The notes under the pieces were generated by a model. It worked only from the letters and a program-made list of their open reading frames with translations. It was not told the DNA's origin and searched no databases. The position numbers were made by a program, and so were the translations under genes. Shown here piece by piece: positions 37,701-50,696 of a DNA stretch of 64,000 nt (within the stretch, counting starts at the first letter, position 1; each line of letters starts with the position of its first letter). The stretch spans positions 146,446,001 to 146,510,000 of the forward strand of contig CM059432.1 of NCBI GenBank assembly GCA_030390025.1. The letters run 5' to 3'. The stretch is from Squalus acanthias. Its lineage: Eukaryota.

Positions 37701-38750
37701 TCAGCATTGTACTCACCTGTTGCACACTGCGTAGTACTCACCTGTTGCACTCTGCATTTATTCCCTGTTGCACTCTGCATTGTACTCACCTGTTGCACTC
37801 AATGTTGTATTCCCTGTTGCACCCTGTGTTGTACTCACCTGTTGCACTCTGCGTTGTATTCCCTGTTGCACTCTGCCTTGTCCTCACCTGTTGCACTCTG
37901 CGTTGTACTCGCCTGTTACACTCTGCATCGTACTCACCTGTCACACTCTGCATCGTACTCACCTGTTACACTCTGTGTCGTACTCACCTGTTACACTCTG
38001 CGTCGTACTCACCTGTTGCACTCTGCATCATACTCACCTGTTACACTCTGCATCGTACTCACCTATTACACTCTGCATCGTACTCACCTGTTACACGCTG
38101 TGTTGTACTCACCTGTTGCACTCTGCATTGTACTCACCTGTTGCACTCTGTGTTATACTCACCTGTTGCACTCTACATTTTATTCCCTGTTGCACTCTGC
38201 TGTCTACTTCTCTGTTGAAGTCTGCTTTGTATTCCCTGTTGCTCTCTTCATTGTAATCACCTGTTGCACTCTGCATTGTACCCACCTGTTGCACTCTTCA
38301 TTGTACTCACCTGTTGCACACTGCGTAGTACTCACCTGTTGCACTCTGCATTGTACTCACCTGTTGCACTCTGCATTGTACTCACCTGTTGCACTCTGTG
38401 TTGTACTCACCTGTTGCACTCTGCATTGTAATCACCTGTTGCACTCTGCATTGTAATCACCTGTTGCACTCTGCATTGTACTCACCTGCTGCACTCTGCA
38501 TTGTACTCACCTGTTGCACTCTGTGTTGTACTCACCTGTTGCACTCTGTGTTGTACTCACCTGTTGCACACTGCGTAGTACTCACCTGTTGCACTCTGCA
38601 TTGTACTCACCTGCTGCACTCTGCATTGTACTCACCTGTTGCACTCTGCGTTGTATTCCCTGTTGCATACTGATGTACTCACCTGTTGCACTCTGCGTTG
38701 TACTCAGCTGTTGCACTCTGCATTGTACTCACCTGTTGCATTCGGCGTTA
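28776..38750. repeat. ~10-kb satellite of 25-bp (TACTCACCTGTTGCACTCTGCATTG) and 24-bp (TATTCCCTGTTGCACTCTGCATTG) units
   Basis: Directly visible tandem array, roughly 400 units by length. Confidence 0.97.
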
Positions 38751-39039
38751 TAGTCAACAACAGCAAGAACTTGCATTTGTATACTGCCTTTAACGTAGCA
38801 AAATGTCCCAAGGCGCTACTTTGCATTCTCCATTATACTCTCCATTGCATTCTCCGTTCCAATGCCAAGGAAGATCCTTGGGTAAGAAAGCAATGGATGT
38901 GAAAATAGCAAGCCCTAATAACCTTTCTATGACCTTCCGCGTGAACTGGTGAGACGTTGAGACATTGTAAATGGAAGCCAGAAAATTTAAAGTGCATTTG
39001 GAAGGCAGAGGAAACAAAGGCTAGAAAATAGACAACAAT

Positions 39040-41875
39040 GGAGTTTGGCAGCGCTGAATGCTATATACTTCAATGCAAGAAGTCTAGTGAATAATATTAT
39101 TGCTATTAATGAAACATGGTTTAAAGGAGGGCAGGAATGGCAGCTCAACATTTCTGGTTACAGGATTTTCAGACGAGATAGAGAGAGGGATAAAAATGGA
39201 TGGGTGGATCGCAATATTGGTTAAAGAAACAATTGCAGCTGTGAGGAGGGATGATATGTTAGAAGGATCATCAAATGAGGCCATATGGGTTGAACTGAAG
39301 AACAAAAAGGTGCAATCACACTGCTGGGAGTGTAATCTTGACCTCCAAACAGTCAGAGGGAGATAAAAGAGCAAATATGTAGGCAAATTTCTGAGAAGTG
39401 CAAAAACAATAGGGCAGTAATAGTCGGGGATTTCAGCTACCCTAATATTAACTGGAATAGAATGAGTGTAAAAGGTATAGAGGGCACAGAATTCTTAAAA
39501 TTCATTCAGGAGAACTTTTTTAGCCAGTACGTAGCAAGCCCAACAAGAGAGAGGGCAGTTCTGGACTTAGTTTTAGGGAATAAAGCTGGGCAGGTGAAAG
39601 GGGTATCAGTGGGAGAGCATTTTGGTGGAAGTGATCATAATTCAGTTAGATTTAGCGTAGTTATGGAAAAGGACAATGTTAGACTGGAAGTAAAAGATCT
39701 CGATTGGAGAAAAGCCAATTTTACTAAGCTGAGATGTGATTTAGCAAAAGTGGACTGGAAACAGCTACTTGAAGGTAAATCAGTGTCCGAGCAGTGGGAG
39801 ACATTCAAGGAGGAGATAGTGAGGGTTCAGAGCAAATATGTTCCCAGAAGGATAAAGGGTGGAACTCCAAAATCTCGAGCCCGCTGGATGTTGAGGGGTA
39901 TACAGGGTAGGATAAGGCAAAAAAGAGAAGCTTATGTCAGATACCGAGGGCTCAATACTGCAGAAAGCCGAGAGGAGTATAGAAAGTGCAGGGGTGAAAT
40001 TAAAAAGGACATTAGGAAAGCAAAAAGAGGGCATAAAAATATTGACAAATAAAATCAAGGAAAACCCAAAGATGTTTTATAAATACATAACTAAGGAAAG
40101 AGTAGGGTCTATTAGAGACCAAAAAGTTAACCTGTGTCTGTGTGTGGAGAGAGATGCGTGGTTATGATTCTTAATAAATACTTTGCATCTGTCTTCACAA
40201 AAGAGAGAGATGATAAAAACATTGTAGTTAAGGAGGAGGAGTGTGAAATATTAGATGAGATAAATATAGTGAGAGAGGAAGTATTAAGGGGTTTAGCACC
40301 TTTGAAAGTAGATAAATCGCCAGGCTCGGATGAAATGTATCCAGGCTGTTAAGAGAAGCAAGGGAGGAAATAATAGAGGCCCTGACCATCATTTCCCAAT
40401 CCTCTCTGGCTACAGGTGTGGTGCCAGGGGACTGGAGGACTGCTAACATAGTACCGTTGTTTAAAAAGGGAGAAAAGGATAGACCGAGAAATTACAGGCC
40501 AGTCAGCCTAACCTCGGTGGTGGGAAAATTATTGGAAAAAATTCTGAGGGACAGTATTAATCATCATTTAGGAATGCACAGATTAATCAAGGACAGTCAG
40601 CATGGATTTGTTAATGGAAGGTCGTGTCTCACTAACTTGATTGAATTTTTTGAGGAGGTAACAAGAAGGGCCGATGAGGTTAGTGTGTTTTATGTAGTCT
40701 ACATGGATTTTTGCAAGGCTTTTGACAAGGTCCCACATGGCAGACTGGTCAGAAAAGTAAAAGCCCCTGGGATCCAAGGGAAAGTGGCAAGATGGATCCA
40801 AAATTGGCTCAGAGGCAGGAAACAAAGGGTAATGGTCGACGCATGTTTGTGTGACTGGAAGACTGTTTCCAGTGGGGTTCCACAGGGCTCAGTACTGGGT
40901 CCCTTGCTTTTTGTGGTATATATCAATGATTTAGACTTCAATATCGGGGGCGTGATTAAGAAGTTTGCAGATGATACAAAAAGTGGTTGTGTGATTGCGA
41001 GTGAGGAAGATAGCTGTAGACTGCAGGAAGATATCAATGAATTGGTCAGGTGGGCAGAAAAGTGGCAAATGGAATTCAATCCGGAGAAGTGTGAGGTAAT
41101 GCATTTGGGGAGGGCGAACAAGGCAAGGCAATACACAATAAGTGGTAGGATACTGAGAAGTGTAGAGGAACAGGGACCATGGAGTGCATGTCCACAGATC
41201 CATGAAGGTATCAGGACAGGTAGATAAGGTGGTTAAGAAGGCATACGGGATACTTTCCTTTATTAGCCGAGGCATAGAATATAACAACAGGGAAGTTATG
41301 CTAGAACTGTATAAAACACTAGTTCGGCCACAGCTAGAGTACTGCATATAATTCTGGTCACCGCATTACAGGAAAGATATGATTGCACTAGAGAGGTTAC
41401 AGAGGTTACAAGGATGTTGCCAGGACTGGAGAATTTTAACTATGAGGAACGATTGGATAGGCTGGGGTTGTTTTCTTTGGAACAGAGGAGGCTGAGGGGT
41501 TATTTAATTGAGGTGTATAAAATTATGAGGGGCCTAGATAGAGTGGATAGGAAGGACCTATTTCCCTTAGCAGAAGGGTTAATAACCAGGGGGCATAGAT
41601 TTAAAGTAATTGGTAGAAGGATTATAGGGGATTTGAGGAGAAATGTTTTCACCCAGAGGGTGGTGGGGGTCTGGAACTCACTGCCTGAAAGGGTGGTAGA
41701 GGTAGAAACCCTCATCACATTTAAAAAGTACTTGGATATGCACTTGAAGTGCTGTAACCTACAGGGCTACGGACCAAGAGCTGGAAAGTGGGATTAGGCT
41801 GGATAGCTCTTTATCGGCCGGCACAGACACAATGGGCCGAATGGCCTCCTTCTGTGCTGTAAATTTCTATGATTC
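39040..41875 (+). mobile_element. CR1 ORF2 (endonuclease to 3' UTR), decayed
   Basis: GDFS, SDH, NYRPVSLTS, GVPQGSVLGP, KFADD motifs. Confidence 0.95.
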
Positions 41876-42043
41876 TTTGATTTTGTCTCCAGTGCTGAAA
41901 TGCCCGTGTTAATCTAATAGAACATTTGTGTTTTGAAGCCAAAACTGATAACAAAAATTGTTCCAATGAAATTCAATGCAATATATTTGAATGAGTGGCT
42001 CAATGGAAGAGATTTCTAAGAAGATCTTTGCATTTTTTTTCAG

Positions 42044-42094
42044 TTGCAAATGAAAAAACTGATCGAAATCCGTGTCCACTCGCAAGATTTGCAC
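42044..42094 (+). other. Candidate 51-nt host exon
   Basis: TTTTTTTTCAG acceptor, GTAAGT donor, open in two frames, located in non-repeat DNA. Confidence 0.4.
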
Positions 42095-42384
42095 GTAAGT
42101 ACAAGATGCTAATTTTTATTCTGTAGGCAAATATGGTTCAATGAAATATGCTCTGCCCTTGGCCCCACGCTTTTCAAAACTGCCATCATAACCCCCTTCT
42201 CAATAAGCCCACACTTGATATCCCAGTTTTTTTGCTTTACTGCCCTTTCTCTAGCCTGGTTTATCTCTAAGATACACGGATATGATAGAGGTGATCAGCA
42301 ATATGCTTATCTGCTGCATCACTCCTTCCTTTAGTTCCTCAAATGCAGCCCCAATCTCATCCAACTGCTTGTAAAGGATGCAAT

Positions 42385-42910
42385 AACTGGGCACTTAGAA
42401 ACTAATAGTAAGATTGGGCAGAGTCAACATGGATTTATGAAAGGGAAAATCCTGTTTGACAAACCTATTGGAGTTCTTTGAGGATGTAACTAGTGGAGTA
42501 GACAAAGGGGAAGCGGTAGATGTGGTGTATTTGGATTTTTAGAAGGCCTTCGATAAGGTCCCACACAAGAGGTTGGTGAACAAAATTAGGGCACATGGAA
42601 TTGGGGGTAATATACTCGCATGGATTGAGAATTGGTTAACAGACAGAAAACAAAGAGTAGGGATAAATGGGTCTTTTTCAGGTTGGCAGGCTGTGACTAG
42701 TGGGGTACCGCAAGGATCGGTGCTTGGGCCCCAGCTATTCACAATCTATATCAATGATTTGGATGAGGGGACTAAATGTAGCATTTCCAAATTTGTTGAT
42801 GACACAAAGCTAGGTGGCAGTGTCAGTTGCAAAGAGGATGCGAAGAGGCTTCAAGGGGATCTCGACAGGCTCAGTGAGTGGGCGAGAATGTGGCAAATGG
42901 ATTATAATGT
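42385..42910 (+). mobile_element. CR1 RT fragment
   Basis: ORF 42573-42983 GVPQGSVLGP..KFVDD. Confidence 0.9.
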
Positions 42911-43099
42911 GCCCCTGCTCCCTCGAGTTCTCTCTCACAACCAATCTGACTTTCTATACCTCTTGCCTTCAAAAGCTTCTTAAAATCTCATTGCTTTAAC
43001 CAGGCCTTTAGTTCCATCACCCTCATAAATCTCTTGTTTCTTGCTCAATAGCCACCTCTTCCAATGTATATTTTGTGAGGAGTGTTATACTGTTGCTGT

Positions 43100-43815
43100 T
43101 TCATAGAATCATAGAAATTTACGGCACAGAAGGAGGCCATTCAGCCCATCGTGTCTGTGCCGGCCGAAAAAGAGCTATCCAGCCTAATCCCACTTTCCAG
43201 CTCTTGGTCTGTAGCCTTGCAGGTTACAGCACTTCAAGTGCATATCCAAGTACTTTTTAAATGCGATGAGGATTTCTGCCTCTACTACCCTTTCAGGCTG
43301 TGAGTACCAGACCCCCACAATCCTCTGGGTGAAACATTTCTCCTCAAATCCCCTCTAATACTTCTACCAGTTACTTTAAATCTATGCCCCCTGGTTATTC
43401 ACCTCTCTGCTAAGGGAAATAGGTCCTTTCTATCCACTCTATCTAGGCCCCTCATAATTTTATACACCTCTATTAAGTCTCCCCTCAGCCCCCTCTGTTT
43501 TGAAAAAAACAACTCCAGCCTATCCAATCTTTCCTCATAGCTAAAATTCTCCAGTCCTGGCAACATCCTCGTAAATCTCCTCTGTACCCTCTCGAGTGCA
43601 ATCACATCTTTTCTGTAATGTGGTGACCAGAACTGCACGCAGTACTCTAGCTGTGGCCTAATTAATGTTTTATACAGTTCAAGCATAACCTCCCTGCTCT
43701 TGTATCCTATGCCTCGGCTAATAAAGGAAAGTATCCCATATGCCTTCTTAACCACCTTATCTACCTGTCCTGCTCACTTCAGGAACCTGTGGGACATGCA
43801 CTCCACGGTCCCTTG
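43100..43815 (-). mobile_element. CR1 3' fragment
   Basis: ORF 43399-43755 RPQLEYCVQFWSP; same subfamily as 39040-41875. Confidence 0.9.
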
Positions 43816-44089
43816 ATATAATTTAATAGACTGGCAATAAGTTGGCAGCCTTAACACGCTATAGGGATGACCATTTTGGAAAACTAGAAACCTCACACAA
43901 ATGCTCTAGTACTCTAGCTGCAATCAATTGGGTTGGAGAAAAGGGAGCTTTACTCTACATCTACCTGTGATTCACCACAGCCCAGAGTTTTCCCTACATA
44001 CTATTTTTAGCGAAAAACCTAGATGAGCATAATATAATACTAATAGATTAGTTACATATTTGAACCATGTGGCAGTATTGAAAAACTTC

Positions 44090-47000
44090 AACAACAACAA
44101 AAATTTGCATTTATATAGTGCCTTTAACATAGAGAAACAGTCCAAGGTGCTTCACAGAAACATAATCCATTACAAACTGGCAGCTAATTGGAGATACTAG
44201 GTGGGGTGACCAAAAGCTTGGTCAAAGAGGTGGGCTTTCTGGAGGGTCTTAAAGGAGGGAGGGGTTTAGGGAGGGAGGGGTTTAGGGAGGGAATTCCACA
44301 TTATGGGGCCTAAGTGGCTGAAGGTACAGTCATCGATGGCTGGACAAAGGGAGGGGGTGATGCACAAGGCGTCAGAGTCAGAGGAACGCAGTTTGTGGGA
44401 GGGTTCTAGGGCTGGAGGGGGTTACAGAGATAGGGAGGGACTGCGGCCATGAATGATTTAACCACCAGTATGAAAGTATTACACTTGAGGGTCTAGGAGC
44501 CAATGTAGATCAGCAAGGACAGGGTGATGGGTGAATGGAACTTGGAGCACGATAGGGTACGGGCAGCAGAGTTTTGGATGAGCTGAAGTTTCATCCTACT
44601 AAATATTGGGAAGACCAAAGCCATTGTTTTCGATCCCCGCCACAAACTCCGTCCCCTAACCACTGACTCCATCACTCTCCCTAACATCTGTCTGAGGCTG
44701 AACCAGACAGTTCGCAACCTTGGTGTCATATTTGACCCTGAAATAAGCTTCCAACCACATATCCATGTCATAACTAAGACTGCCTGTTTCCACCTCCGTA
44801 ACATCGCCCGACTTCGCCCTTGCCTCAGCTCATCTGCTGCTGAAACCCTCATCCATGCCTTTGTTACCTCTAGACTTGACTATTCCAACGCACTCCTGGC
44901 TGGCCTCACATGTTCTACCCTGCGTAAACTTGAGGTCATCCAAAACTCGGCTGCCCGTGTCCTAACTCGCACAAAGTCCCGTTCACCCATCACCCCTGTG
45001 CTCGCTGACCTACACTGGCTCCTGGTTAAACAACGCCTCGATTTCAAAATTCTCAACCTTGTTTTCAAATCCCTCCATGGCCTCGCCCCTCCCTGTCTCT
45101 GTAACCTCCTCCAGCCCCACAACCCTCTAATTCTGGCCTCTTGAGCATCCCTGAATTTAATCGCTCAACCATTGGTGGCCGTGCCTTCAGCTGCCGAGGT
45201 CCTAAGCTCTGGAATTCCCTCCCTAAACCTTTCCGCCTCTCCACCTCTCTTTCCTCCTTAAAATCTACCTCTTTGACCAAACTTTTGGTCACCTGTCCTA
45301 ATATCTCCTTATGTGGCTCGGTGTCAAATTTTGTTTTATAACATGCCTGTGAAACCCCTTGGGACGTTTTGCTACCTTCAAGGCGCTATATAAATATAAG
45401 TAGTTGTTGTTGTCATTTACAGAGTGTGAAAGATGGGAAGCCGTCCAGGAAAGCATTGAAATAGTCGAATTTGCAGTGACAAAGGCACAAGCGAGGGTTT
45501 CAGTGGCAGATGGGCTGAGATAGGGATAGAGGTGGGTGATTATTGAGAGGTGGAAGCAGTCAGTCTTTGTGATGGAAAGGAATTGGGGTTGAAAGCTCAG
45601 CTTGGGATTAAATAGGATACCAAGGTTGCAAATAGCCGAGTTTAGCCTGAAACAGTGGCCAGACAGGAAGATGGAGTCAGTAGCGATGATACAAAGTTTG
45701 TGGTGGGGACCAAAGACAATGGGCTGGATTTTTACCAACCTCGGCGGGTCCGTGGCGGGCGATGTTGGTGGCGGGTCCCGGCCTCGCTGCTGGTTCCAGC
45801 CCTCTGTCCAAAATGATTTTCCCCTGATTGGGCTTGTTAAGCCCGCCCTGCGAGGTTCCCACCAATTGAAGGAAGCGGGTCTGTTGACGTCATTTGATGA
45901 CGCGTCATCAGCCGGTTTCCTTAAAGGGACCATGCACAAATTGCTTTTGACTGTTGTGCCGTCAGTGTTCTACAGCATTGAGGTGCTGCAAACACTGACA
46001 GTCACTACACAGAGTTACACGGCTGCACCCAGGCTCTCCCATGACTCCCTCCGTATGCTTATGGAGGGAGTCACAGCACGCAGGGAGGTTCTCTTCCCTT
46101 CCAATAGGCAGAAGAGACCTCCCCAGGAGATCAATGCAGTCTGGTTGCACATTGCACAGGAGGTCACAAGCAGGGATGTTGTCAGGAGGACCAGGCTGCA
46201 GTGGCGCAAACCTTTCAATGATCTCAGTAGATCACAAAATGTTACTGCAAAGCCACACTCAACCTCATCCTCCTGTGCCACTCATCACATCCCCATCACT
46301 CTGCCTTCCCTACCCTACTCCTGCACATCCTTACTCACACCAACTTACCTTGCACCTCCACCCATCCCTCTCTATCTACATTATTACATCCCCATCTCAC
46401 TAGTCACCCCTCGCACTCACCCTGATCCTAGTGCAATCATACCAACTAACAACACACAAGGGTAGGCACTTGGGTGTTTTATGCAATGTTCATGTAAAGT
46501 TTCTGTTAATGTGGTGTTAAACATTGAAACCTTTATTTTCAACACTTTGCATTCTTGGACAGATTTGTGTGCACCCTTGGAAGTGGCTTAGTGAGTTGCA
46601 GTGAATGGTGAGACATAACGGTACCCCCCGCAATGGTGATGACTATGAAAGGAATGGCTTGGGCATTGTAGGGATGCTTTGTGGTGCTGGTGTGGGGTGG
46701 TGCCAACCTGGTGCATCATGTGGCAGCCAGGGTGTACAGCGTCAAGTGATGTAAATCTGGCCATGGTGAGGCCATCCCTGGCGTCCTGGGCAGCAATGTA
46801 GTCGGGCACTGATGCCCTGTGTCCTGTGCAGCATCAGGTGATTGTGGAGAAGGTTGGTGTGCCTGGTGATGCTGCTGTTGGGGCTGATCGTGGTGGGATT
46901 CTGAGGACCAAGGTGAGAGAGTATAAAGGGCACCCATGCTGATGGAATAAATGGCAGGTGAAGTAGAGATGACAGAAGCGATCTGTCAATGGTGGGAGAG

Positions 47001-47660
47001 GTAATGAGATCAGACTGGATGGAGACTTGTGTAAAGACTTGCAGCATCCTGAATCTGTAGTGGAAATGCAGTTTAGAGAAGCTAGTGGTTAAGGGATGAT
47101 ATCTGATTCAGCTGGGAGCTTTGACTTGACATTTAAAGTTGTTAACTCATCAACTGAAAGAATGGCAAGTAACCTCCCGCCTCAGCTTCATGGACGAGGT
47201 CTAGGCACAGAGGGAAACCGGTGGGTGACCTGTCAAAATCAAAAAGCTGGGAAAAAAAGCATTTTTTCTGTAAATAATCCACTAATGATTTTAACTGCCT
47301 CCCCCGCCGCTGCGTGTCGGGTCTCCTCAGCGCTGACAGACCCGACATTTGGGAAAGGCGCGTGGTGGCTGGTTGATATCGGGGTACCGACCCGCTGTCA
47401 AAAAAAAATCTTTTTCCCACCCGACCCGCCACCGATCGCGCCCGCTGACCCCCCCGCCAAATCTCGGACAATAGCTTTGATCTTTCCAGTGTTTAGCTGG
47501 TGAAAATTGGTGTGATCGATGATATCAAAGGCTTGAAAAAGATGAGAAAGGATATTGCATCACAGTCACAGGGAATGTCATTCAAGACTTTGATCGGGTC
47601 CATTTCAGGGATGTTGGTGGTGCAGAAACCTGATTGGATCCAACAGGGTATTGTGGGAGA
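44090..47660 (-). mobile_element. L2 fragment interrupted by an opposite-strand L2 (44590-45412) and a Harbinger element
   Basis: L2 minus-strand sequence continues across both inserts (GAAGTT|TACAGAG; ACAAT|AATAGC). Confidence 0.8.
45721..47469 (+). mobile_element. Harbinger deletion derivative carrying Myb/SANT exon 1
   Basis: TSD AAT; APRLSHDSLRMLMEGVTARREVLFP..WLHIAQEV..RTRLQWRKPFNDL; termini shared with M2. Confidence 0.85.
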
Positions 47661-47803
47661 GATGGGCACAAATTTGCTCATTATATGTCGCTGATGCTGG
47701 CACTTGCTTTAGTTCCAAATTTTGTCACTCATTTAATAGAAAATATTAATGTAAGATTGTGAGGGCCAGTGTAGCTGACTTGAAATTGAGCTTAAAACAT
47801 TAG

Positions 47804-48697
47804 GGGGTAGAAATTAGGTCGCGCCCCATTTGGGGCGCAAATATCGTCTGGACGCAAATATTAGCGCCTGGCGCTAATTATCGGCACTGACTGGAAACTT
47901 CACTTTTACCGCCCCGGGAGGTGAGTGGAGCGCTAAAGCAGGCGCTGCACACCTGTCTTAAGGCGCAAAGGCCAAGGAGTGAGGCGCTAACTCAGAGCGC
48001 TGGCGAAGCTCATGTAATGTCAGTCAGCAATGGAACACACACACAATGGCACGGGCCAGTTCTTAAAGGGGATGGTTAATCTTGCTTTCCATCCACATCC
48101 TGTTCACTGCAGCCTTGAATCTCGGCCTGGAGAGACTTGCACATCAAATGTGCTGGAAAGAACAATGGAGAGTACCAGGCAAAGAGCTCAGAGTGCAGCT
48201 CCCACAGTCTCTGCTAAATCGATACAAGGAATGGCAAATCAAAATGAACCTGCAAAGTGCTGCTCAGTACCCAAAACTCCTTCACACAACGTTGAATCTC
48301 TCCAGAAGTCTCTCCCTCTCTCTCTCAGAATGCGTAGTTCAAAAATGCCACCAACAATAAAAGACAGGAAGAGGCCCCCTTTAAATAGCGCCCCCCCCCA
48401 GCCCCACAGCGATTGATAGCGTTCCAGTCTTCTGGTCGTTGGATGCACCAGGCGGTAAGGCAGGGGGCGCCACTCAATTTCCGCTCCGGGGCGCCACAAG
48501 GGCGTTGCACCATGGAATGACGTCACAATCTGCGCGCGCAGGTGGTCGCAGCGGTAAGTTTTAGCGCCGCCGCACAATGTCAAGTTAAGTTCCCGAGCGG
48601 CGCAAACATCGCTGCGCCCGGGCGTTAGCGGCTTTGCGCCCCATTAGCGCCCTCTTAAGGCGCTAACGGGAGGCGCAACCAACTGAATTTTTACCCC
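47804..48697. mobile_element. Harbinger-type non-autonomous element, inverted copy of 27866-28759
   Basis: GGGGTAGAAATT...AATTTTTACCCC; TSD TAG. Confidence 0.9.
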
Positions 48698-49342
48698 TAG
48701 GTTTTAAAAATTGGAGTAATGATAGATTGATCAATATTGATCCTACCACTAATAATTGACTGCCTTAGAGTTTTTCTTCACAATTGGTTATCTTTTCAGG
48801 GCCTTAAAAAAACTGTGGAACTTCTTCTCTCTCTCCGTATTCCCTTTCATGTAGAAATTTTCAACGCGATCCTGGCATTGCCTAATCACTGTGACTTGGT
48901 TTAGCTGATCGCTTTTACTTTTCCCAACCATGGAGGTGTCCAACACTGTGGGTTTTTGCATCTCTCCTTACTTTCCTTAACAGAAAAAAAATAATTGACC
49001 CAGGATGTTCAGCATTCATTGGAAACTCAGGTCCAGTGGCAACGCTGCCAAAAGTGCCCCTGCCTCCAACGGAGGTATTTTCCTAAAGGAGCTGATTGAA
49101 GGGGAAAATTCCCGATGTTTCCATGATACTTCCCGAAATAACATCAAATGATGACAATTGAGCACAGTTGAGAAGCAGTTGAAAATCGCCCCGGCACAGG
49201 AAGAAATACAGGGACAAGAGGAGGCCACTCAGCCCCTCGAGCCTGTTCCACCATTCAATTAGATCATGGCTGATCTGTACCTGAACTCCATCTACCTGTC
49301 TTGGTTCCCTAACCCTTAATACCCTTGCCAACAAAAATCTAT

Positions 49343-49946
49343 GGTGGCGAAATTCGGTTACGCCCCGTTTGGGGATGGTAATCGAATTATTGCCAGAGAT
49401 TTGCCAGGAAGTACCGCCCCAGCGGCTAAATTCGACTTACCGCCCCGGCGAGGAAGCGGAGCGCTATCTCGGGCGCTCCCCTTCCGTTAAAGGGGAGGGA
49501 CGCTGCGAGCTCTGCAGGGCCTCCGATGGCCCACACTAACCCACCAGGGCGGCGCGGTGCCGTGGCTGCGCGATGGCGGCCACGGACCAACGCCAAGGGC
49601 TGACTCGGAGGGCCAGCTTCGAGGTCGGCCAAAAAAAATAAATTGGCGGCGCGGGTCACGGCTGCACCTCCCTTTAATTAGCGCGGGTCGCGAGCGGAGG
49701 TCGGCCCGTCTCGCGACCCGCGAGGCTGGTGCTGACACCGCCCATGGCAGCCTCGCGGGGCGCAGCCGAATTTCTGCCATGGGGCGCTAAGGGGTCGCAG
49801 CGGCCCGGGGCACTACCAACGGGGGCGCGGTGCTATCGGCTAGCACCTCAGTAGCGCCCCGCCGAATTTCTCGGGAGGATCGCCCGGGCGATAAGCGCCA
49901 CCTGGAGGCGCTAATGGCAGTCACAAAGGAGCCGAATTTCGCAGCC
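49343..49946. mobile_element. GC/CpG-rich Harbinger-type MITE next to a CR1 3' stub (49200-49342, minus)
   Basis: GGTGGCGAAATTCGG...CCGAATTTCGCAGCC. Confidence 0.75.
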
Positions 49947-50696
49947 TGTGTTTTCTGGTGTCATCTTTCACCTCCATAGTTCTGTGTAGGATTTCAAATC
50001 CCCTTTTCCACTTTTCCCATTGTGGTCGCATGTGGTGTGCGATTGGTGAACCTCAAGACCAGGAACGAAGGCAGGTCCGGAAAAGGAATTGATGCTTGCC
50101 CGTGCATATTAATTTCTCCCTTATTTGGCTGTGTCTTGCTGCAGGCCTCTCTATACCTGTGTGTCTTTTTTTCTCGCTTTTTTCCTTTTGCTATGTCATC
50201 ATTGTAATATGTGTGTGTGATCACCATTACCTGCACAATCAAAGTTACAATTAGCACTAAATTTGAAATCTCAGAGAAACTACAGGGGTGCTATTTTATG
50301 GGAAGTAGAAAACTGTCTTACAGGTGCAGTTAGGGGATAGTCTTTGGAGGTTGGCATCAAGACATTATCAGGGCAGAGTAGTGGGGGCTCATCTCTGACC
50401 TGCTATACCTGCGTATTACAGTGGATGCAAGAATGGAAAGCAGTGACAGCTTGCAGAGCACAAAAATGTCACTCTGCCATCTTCCAAAATAACAATCTTT
50501 CAGTTTCATTAATATCATTTTTGTTGATTAATATACAAAAGATACAAATGTCAGTTTTAGTCTCTTTGCATTTCACATTGGTCGCATTAAATTCCACATC
50601 CACCAGAGGGCAGCAAGGGTCCGTGGGCTCTGAAGGCAGACTGTTGCCGGGACTCAAAATTTAAGATTTTCATTCATTAGTAATAAATAAGTCATT

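Noticed and set aside
28776..38750. Many long Cys/His/Leu-rich ORFs, up to 396 aa
   Set aside because: Artefacts of a stop-poor 25/24-bp satellite that is open in all three frames
28776..38750. CRISPR-like array
   Set aside because: Head-to-tail units with no unique spacers, no cas genes and a vertebrate context
45602..46465. 287-aa ORF as a novel fusion protein
   Set aside because: Chance read-through of antisense L2, TIR/promoter, SANT exon and intron-like sequence
48030..48416. ORF apparently conserved with 28201-28533
   Set aside because: Similarity reflects two copies of one MITE; alternative frames are equally preserved and no domain is recognisable
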